Source: an uncultured bacterium
GTDB taxonomy: Bacteria; CSSED10-310; CAZUFC01
DNA length: 12,810 bases
Direction: 5' to 3'
Assembly: GCA_964619725.1 (NCBI GenBank)
Contig: CAZUFC010000188.1
Coordinates: 1 to 12,810, forward strand
Shown piece by piece: positions 7,742-12,810 of this stretch. Both the position numbers and the translations under genes were made by a program. The first letter of the stretch is position 1; each line of letters opens with the position of its first letter. The notes under the pieces were generated by a model that ran no database searches, was not told the DNA's origin, and was given only the letters and a program-made list of their open reading frames with translations.

Positions 7742-9642
7742 ACCGAATAGACGTTAAAAACCGGAGGAAGCCGCTGTTGAATCTCAGAAAAAAAGTTGAC
7801 GAATTAAAGTCCCCCTGCCGGCGGGGAGCTTTAGGGGGGATATTTCAATTGAATCGTAAACTTTTGCAGTTCTCTCTTACTTTTCTCGTTATTTTTATTT
7901 TTTCAGCGGTTTTCTGTACTTCTTCGACGGTTTTTTCCGCTGCTGACGCACGGTTTCTATCCCTTTATGCCGGGGAGGAAGGGGATGGCTGGGTAGCGAC
8001 GGTATTCACAGACAAAAAGGCAAAGAAATTGAAGGATAAAATCAGGTTTAAGGCGGATGGGGAAGAGGTGGAATGCAGAATGGAGATCACGGGCAAGAGA
8101 CGTATAAAGGCGGAGCTGCGAGGGATAAAGGAGGATGCGGAGCGCATAACCCTGCATATTGGAAAGCGCAGGAAGAGACCTGTGGCTGCGGTGCAAATCA
8201 GGCCTTCTTCGGAAGAAAGCGATTTTCATGACTGGATAATCTATCATATCATGGTGGGGATGTATCGCAACGGGGACCGCCGCAACGACGATCGCATATT
8301 GGGCTGGCGTCATCCGAATTACAGTGGGGGCGATCTTCAGGGAACACTGGATTCCATTGAATATCTGAAGGCTTTAGGGATAAATGCGGTGTGGTTGAGC
8401 CCCATATTTCAGGCGCGAACGTCTCATGGCTATGATGTGGAAAATTATTACCGTATAGGGGACAGCGTGGGCGTACCGGGTAAACCTGAAGAATCTATGG
8501 AGTTGTTCAGGGAATTGGTGAATAGCTTTCATGATTCGGATATCAGGATAATGCTGGATATGCCTTTGAATCATGCCGGAAAGTATTACGATGAGAAAAC
8601 AGGAGACCCGGAGGAGTTGAATCCTAGAGCCACAGGACCCGAACAGGAAGCGGAAGAACTGTGGGACAGTTGGGGAAGCCCTTATCAGTATTGGAATTTT
8701 CGGCATGACGATACCCGGAAATTCCTTATTAAGGCGGTCGAGTACTGGCTGACGCAAGAAAACGTCGACGGCATCAGGCTGGATTATGTGAGGGGCGTTC
8801 CTCGAAATTTCTGGGCGGAACTTTACAGTTCAGTGAAGAAAAATAGCGAAAAGGCTTTTCTAATGGGAGAATGCTGGATCGATGATGCCGGCGCCGGACG
8901 TAACATGAGGGAAACAGCAGAATATTGTGAAAAACATGAGGGAGAATACATGTTCGACAGTCTGCTGGATTTTCCCATGCAAATAACCATGACATCGGTG
9001 TTCGCTCGGAAAGGTAAAGCCCGGGAACTGGAAGAACGGCTGCAGAAGATTGAAGCGGTTTACGGAGAACATGCCTTGCCGGCTTACTTTCTGGATAATC
9101 ACGATCTGGCTAGATTCGCTTCCTGGAATACTGAGCCGGAAATCTTTAAAGCTGCTTTCGGGTTTATGATGTCGCTTTCAGGTCCGGTTATCCTCTTTTA
9201 CGGCGATGAGACGGGACTGGCAGCTCCTGTTCCCAAAACCGGCTTTACGGATGCCGGCCGTATTCCCATGCCCTGGAATAAGTTGGACCATTCCTTGATC
9301 GAAAGCGTCTCAGAATTGATAGAATTGAGGAAAAATCATCCGGCTCTCTACCGCGGAGGAAGACTGCCTTTGGCCGTAAACGATGATATGCTCATAATGG
9401 CTAAACAAACAGAATCAGAAACTGTTTTAGTAGGCCTGAATCTTTCCGATGACATACGCGAATGCGGATTGAAAACGGGAGGAAAGACGGGAAAGCAAAA
9501 TAAACCGGACATACCGATTGACAACGGTTCGACGATAGAAAAAAATGGCGAAGGAGAGTTTGTATGGTCGCTCCCGATTTTCAGCGTCTCATTCCTGACG
9601 ATGGAAGGAGCCGGCGCTTGTATGATAGATGCTCTTGAATAA
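7738..9642 (+). CDS. GH13 alpha-amylase family glycoside hydrolase (neopullulanase/cyclomaltodextrinase-like core), probably secreted
   Basis: GH13 motifs are present: [31 protein letters not shown], region I MLDMPLNH, region II DGIRLD (nucleophile Asp 8782-8784), region III GECW (acid/base Glu 8869-8871), region IV FLDNHD (Asp 9103-9105), and YGDE. Start is uncertain: ATG 7738 (ATGA overlap), or in-frame TTG 7849 preceded by AGGGGGGA, which gives a clean signal peptide [31 protein letters not shown]. Confidence 0.9.
   Translation: MNRIDVKNRRKPLLNLRKKVDELKSPCRRGALGGIFQLNRKLLQFSLTFLVIFIFSAVFCTSSTVFSAADARFLSLYAGEEGDGWVATVFTDKKAKKLKDKIRFKADGEEVECRMEITGKRRIKAELRGIKEDAERITLHIGKRRKRPVAAVQIRPSSEESDFHDWIIYHIMVGMYRNGDRRNDDRILGWRHPNYSGGDLQGTLDSIEYLKALGINAVWLSPIFQARTSHGYDVENYYRIGDSVGVPGKPEESMELFRELVNSFHDSDIRIMLDMPLNHAGKYYDEKTGDPEELNPRATGPEQEAEELWDSWGSPYQYWNFRHDDTRKFLIKAVEYWLTQENVDGIRLDYVRGVPRNFWAELYSSVKKNSEKAFLMGECWIDDAGAGRNMRETAEYCEKHEGEYMFDSLLDFPMQITMTSVFARKGKARELEERLQKIEAVYGEHALPAYFLDNHDLARFASWNTEPEIFKAAFGFMMSLSGPVILFYGDETGLAAPVPKTGFTDAGRIPMPWNKLDHSLIESVSELIELRKNHPALYRGGRLPLAVNDDMLIMAKQTESETVLVGLNLSDDIRECGLKTGGKTGKQNKPDIPIDNGSTIEKNGEGEFVWSLPIFSVSFLTMEGAGACMIDALE
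7805..7840. repeat. GC-rich hairpin plus G-tract (small dispersed palindromic element or translational control structure)
   Basis: TAAAG-TCCCC-CTGCCGGC-GGGGA-G-CTTTA forms a bulged stem (7805-7833). It is followed by GGGGGGA, which can alternatively pair with TCCCCCT (7810-7816). Confidence 0.45.
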
Positions 9643-11305
9643 AATGAATGCGGACGTAAAATCAGAAGAAAAATACGTTTTTCCAACGAACGATTCGCAG
9701 GAAGACGGAAAAAGATATTGTGACGGATGTTTTCAGAAGTTCCGGCGTATAAAAGCCGTTGATTTTGTCAGGGTTGCGCTTTACATCTTTTTTCTGGCCT
9801 TCGACATTTATCTCGCCGTGTTTAAGCCGCTCATTACCGACGGAGGCATTTATCTGCTGGCTTCTCGCTCATTATACAGCGGACTTGTTCCTTACCGGGA
9901 TTTCTTTTTAAACCAGGGGCCTCTGCTGGCCGCTATTTACGGATTGAGTCAATTCATTTCAAAGGGATTGCTCAGCGGACGTTTAACGGCCGTTCTGTTT
10001 TCTTTCATAGCGCTGGTTCTGGCCGGGAGGATCGCTCGCCGAACGGCCGGAGCTTCGGCGGAGATTCTCGCCATAGCCCTGATTGCCCTGAATCCCATGC
10101 TGATGAATTTCCATATTAAAACATATCCCTTGACATCATTTCTCCTGGCGGCATCGCTTTATCTTCTGTCGAACCCAGGTCGGTTTACTCTGCCTGCAGC
10201 CGGCTTCCTGGCTTCATTGACAATTTTGAACCGTATCACAAGTTTCCCGCTGGTTATGCTTATCTTTGTATATATCCTCTTTTTTACCGACCGCTCCATC
10301 CGCAAGAGAATATCCGCTGTGCTGACTGGTATACTCCCGCCTTTATTGGTTTACGGAGGTTTATTCTTGCTCGGCGCCGGCGAAAATATGTTATATGACA
10401 TGATAATTTTTCAGCGTCTCAGACCCGAACATCCGCTGTTCCGCTTCAGTTGGCTGAATAAATTTCAGAATTTCCAGGACTTGATCGAACATATGTTCGT
10501 TTTTCTCTGCGCTCCCATCTTGTTTTTATACCTGAAAGGAGCAGAAGGACTAAGGCGATTGTTCAATGAAAATTCGGGAAGAATTATCCTGTTAAGTCTC
10601 CTGATGGGTTACTTCTCTATAATCTCTATGTTCGCTTTACCCTTCAGGACTTACTTCGGATACTTCCTGGATACTCTTCCCGTTCTGGCCGCCGGTTCAG
10701 CAGCATTGCTGTTCGCAGCCTTAAAATCCATGGACCTGAAAAAGAAAAACGCTCTTCTGATTCCTCTCATCCTCTGGCTCGTTTTAACGCCTTTCAGACT
10801 GGCGAACGAATTCATCATTCAACCTTTTCAAAATTATCAGTCCATGCAGAAAACGACTCCAATACAAAAAATAAGAAAAATTACGGATTTTCTGAAAAAA
10901 TACATCCCTGAGAATGGAATGATCTTGACTTTTGAAAGCTCTATTCCCGTTACGGCCGGATTCGATGTCCTCCCGGGCCTGGAAGGAGGGCCGGATGCTT
11001 ATGTTCCCCAATGGAGTACGGAGCTCTGCAGAAAAAGAAAACTAGTGAATGACGAGATACTGGCGGACGCTGTGGATTCCGGGAAGGTTCATGCCGTGAT
11101 ATTGTCAGACCACGATTTTATGATCCTGTCGATTCACTGCGCAGGCGGCCATGGAAAACCTCTGGAGCATCCCCAGGAAACCGCAAATTTACCCCTGATC
11201 GATAAAAACAGACTGGATAAAAATTATGCTTACCGGGGGTCTTTCAAAAACGCAGGACAATGGAATGACGACGTTCACATTTGTATTAGGCGGGATATGT
11301 TGTAA
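9629..11305 (+). CDS. GT-C fold integral membrane glycosyltransferase (ArnT/PMT-like, GT83/GT39-like)
   Basis: 558-aa ORF with roughly a dozen hydrophobic segments. The first external loop reads TDGGIYLLASRSLYSGLVPYRDFFLNQGPLL, matching the D(E)GxY..G.xPYrDff...PPl signature of lipid-phosphate-sugar-dependent transferases. There is a C-terminal extracytoplasmic domain. The ORF overlaps the GH13 stop; an alternative ATG lies at 9644. Confidence 0.75.
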   Translation: MLLNKMNADVKSEEKYVFPTNDSQEDGKRYCDGCFQKFRRIKAVDFVRVALYIFFLAFDIYLAVFKPLITDGGIYLLASRSLYSGLVPYRDFFLNQGPLLAAIYGLSQFISKGLLSGRLTAVLFSFIALVLAGRIARRTAGASAEILAIALIALNPMLMNFHIKTYPLTSFLLAASLYLLSNPGRFTLPAAGFLASLTILNRITSFPLVMLIFVYILFFTDRSIRKRISAVLTGILPPLLVYGGLFLLGAGENMLYDMIIFQRLRPEHPLFRFSWLNKFQNFQDLIEHMFVFLCAPILFLYLKGAEGLRRLFNENSGRIILLSLLMGYFSIISMFALPFRTYFGYFLDTLPVLAAGSAALLFAALKSMDLKKKNALLIPLILWLVLTPFRLANEFIIQPFQNYQSMQKTTPIQKIRKITDFLKKYIPENGMILTFESSIPVTAGFDVLPGLEGGPDAYVPQWSTELCRKRKLVNDEILADAVDSGKVHAVILSDHDFMILSIHCAGGHGKPLEHPQETANLPLIDKNRLDKNYAYRGSFKNAGQWNDDVHICIRRDML

Positions 11306-11411
11306 ACGAAGCGCCTGCTCTGGATTACCGGAACTGATTAAACGGGTTTGATTTTTTGAGCCGCTCAGATTCAGTGGCTGAAATACAAATATTACAATGT
11401 ATGCAGTCAGG

Positions 11412-11435
11412 AATCTGCAAGAAGCTGCGCAGATT
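11412..11435. terminator. Possible hairpin between convergent genes
   Basis: AATCTGC-N10-GCAGATT, a 7-bp stem in the 192-nt gap between the convergent stops. There is no strong U-tract, so support is weak. Confidence 0.2.
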
Positions 11436-11497
11436 TATCAATTGGTCCGTTTGTGGATCAGAAACTCGCAGCGCCTTTTCTGCAATGGATATTCAGG

Positions 11498-12298
11498 TCA
11501 AAAGCACTTTGGAGACAGGCTGCGGTTCGGGGATTGATCAACGCATTTTTTTAATTCGATAATAAAAGAGTCACCTTTAAGCGGCAGCAGGCAGTCCAGA
11601 TTACAGAAAAGGTATTCCGTCCAGGCCGTATAACTGATCAGTTTTCCTCTGAAGTCGTTGTGCAGTTTCGCCAGATCGGTCGCCATGGTTTCAGCTTCCA
11701 GGGTTCCGTAGAGTTTGTAGCCCATATAATTATTAATTTTCGTGAACAGGGGCGTAAAGAAGGGATAAATGTGCTTGCATCTTGCGATTTTAAAATTTTG
11801 TAACTGACTGAAATATTCAGGATCGAATCCGTCATGATAATGTCCGCATTTGTCCGATCCGTAAAGCCAGTTTTCGACTCCGCGCCAGCGGCTTCCGCTT
11901 CTCTGCGTTAGAACGTATAAGGAGCCCTCTTCTTTCAGTAATTGAAAACAAGCCTTCAGGATCTTTTCACTCTCGTCGATGTGTTCGAATACGTCGAACA
12001 TGAATACTTTGTCAAATCTCCTGTTAAGCGTAACGGCATCTTCTCCTTTTAACTGATGAAATTCAAGATTGTTTCGCTCGTAAGAAGAACGGGCTACGTC
12101 GATCAAATCCTTTGAATAATCGATGCCGACGGCTTTCTTGCACATCCGTGAGAAAAAATGAATAATGGCCCCGTAACCGCAACCTATTTCCAATAATTCA
12201 TCTTCCGGACGTATATCAATGAAATTTTTCAAGAGTTTAAGTTTCATTCTGCGAGACGGAGACTGAAAGTACAGTCTGTCGGCGATGGTTTTATTCAT
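11498..12298 (-). CDS. Class I SAM-dependent methyltransferase (UbiG/Methyltransf_11-23-like)
   Basis: 266-aa ORF. Motif I LLEIGCGYG, acidic motif II GIDYS, FDKVFMFDVFEHI (post-II/motif IV) and LLKEEGSLYV. SD-like AGGA lies ~8 nt upstream of the ATG. Confidence 0.9.
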   Translation of the reverse strand: MNKTIADRLYFQSPSRRMKLKLLKNFIDIRPEDELLEIGCGYGAIIHFFSRMCKKAVGIDYSKDLIDVARSSYERNNLEFHQLKGEDAVTLNRRFDKVFMFDVFEHIDESEKILKACFQLLKEEGSLYVLTQRSGSRWRGVENWLYGSDKCGHYHDGFDPEYFSQLQNFKIARCKHIYPFFTPLFTKINNYMGYKLYGTLEAETMATDLAKLHNDFRGKLISYTAWTEYLFCNLDCLLPLKGDSFIIELKKCVDQSPNRSLSPKCF

Positions 12299-12369
12299 AA
12301 TGTTGTTCCTGAATTGAAATGATTGATTGAAAACCCCACATTCCCAATCAACGCGGTACCCACGCTGAT

Positions 12370-12398
12370 AATTTACGCCAGCCGGAAGAAAGTGTCAA
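12370..12398 (-). promoter_or_regulatory. Sigma70-type promoter for the methyltransferase
   Basis: Minus strand reads TTGACA (12398-12393), a 17-nt spacer, then TAAATT (12375-12370): perfect -35, optimal spacing, 4/6 -10 keeping the key T, A and final T. It lies ~70 nt upstream of the ATG at 12298. Confidence 0.7.
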
Positions 12399-12519
12399 CA
12401 TAAATTAGCGGGGGTAGTGGTTCGTAAATTTTTTTCTGCGGGAGCGGCATTTTTCGGATGCATCAGGTGAGTTCCCACGGCGTTTTTTCAATATGAAAAC
12501 CGAAGCGCTTTCGTCGAAA

Positions 12520-12542
12520 GTAGACGCGGCATCCTGCCGCGT
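12520..12542 (+). repeat. GTAG-type REP-like palindrome (copy 1)
   Basis: GTAG followed by a perfect 8-bp hairpin ACGCGGCA-TCC-TGCCGCGT. This is the GTAG-tetranucleotide-plus-palindrome layout of REP elements. Confidence 0.7.
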
Positions 12543-12725
12543 TCCCATGGCGGTATTTAACACCCTAGCCTCTGGCGGGGCCTTCAATGGTCTTGCCTGT
12601 GCCTTGATCGTTTGAGTTTGGCTTTTGCTTAAATTGCCGCCGTATGATTTTGAATGTTTGCATTGGTTTTTTACTGGTCTGGTTTGTTTATCTTAGAAAC
12701 CCTCGATATCGAAAGCTTTTCGGAA

Positions 12726-12748
12726 AAGCGGAAGGATGCCGCTTCTGC
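12726..12748 (-). repeat. REP-like palindrome (copy 2, inverted, diverged)
   Basis: The reverse complement reads GCAG-AAGCGGCA-TCC-TTCCGCTT. It is 19/23 identical to copy 1, and two of the differences form a compensatory C-G to A-T stem change. Confidence 0.65.
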
Positions 12749-12810
12749 TTCGTTTTATATGGCTTACCGACGCTGGTTTACGGATTTCGCTCTGTATCGT
12801 TCTCCTTTTT

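Noticed and set aside
7957..11835. Short ORFs antisense to the GH13, GT-C and methyltransferase genes, and ORF 11356-11562
   Set aside because: They overlap well-supported genes and lack SD or motif support.
12405..12587. 60-aa minus-strand ORF
   Set aside because: It runs through the REP-like palindrome and has no recognisable features.
12775..12810. AAGGAG on the minus strand at the window edge (SD-like) or the tail of an upstream gene
   Set aside because: No start codon follows at a suitable spacing, and there is too little sequence to support a truncated CDS.

Overview
Bacterial genomic window with five tightly packed + strand genes and one convergent - strand gene. The + strand carries: (1-2) a translationally coupled (ATGA) pair of paralogous, membrane-anchored dynamin-like GTPases, both with a non-canonical DxPD G3 motif; (3) a 1219-aa secreted surface protein made of two duplicated beta-helix modules, a ~394-aa Thr/Ser/Pro stalk and a compact aromatic C-terminal domain; (4) a probably secreted GH13 alpha-amylase-family hydrolase; (5) a GT-C-fold (ArnT/PMT-like) membrane glycosyltransferase. 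The - strand carries a class I SAM-dependent methyltransferase with a near-consensus sigma70 promoter. The non-coding flanks hold small repeats: a 12-bp inverted-repeat MITE-like remnant and a hexamer array at the left, and an inverted pair of GTAG-type REP-like palindromes at the right. No rRNA, tRNA, CRISPR array or transposase was seen. The best candidates for an undescribed system are the dynamin pair linked to an envelope-glycoprotein cluster and the possible C-terminal sorting domain of the large protein. Both are inferences from motifs read by eye and need comparative genomics.
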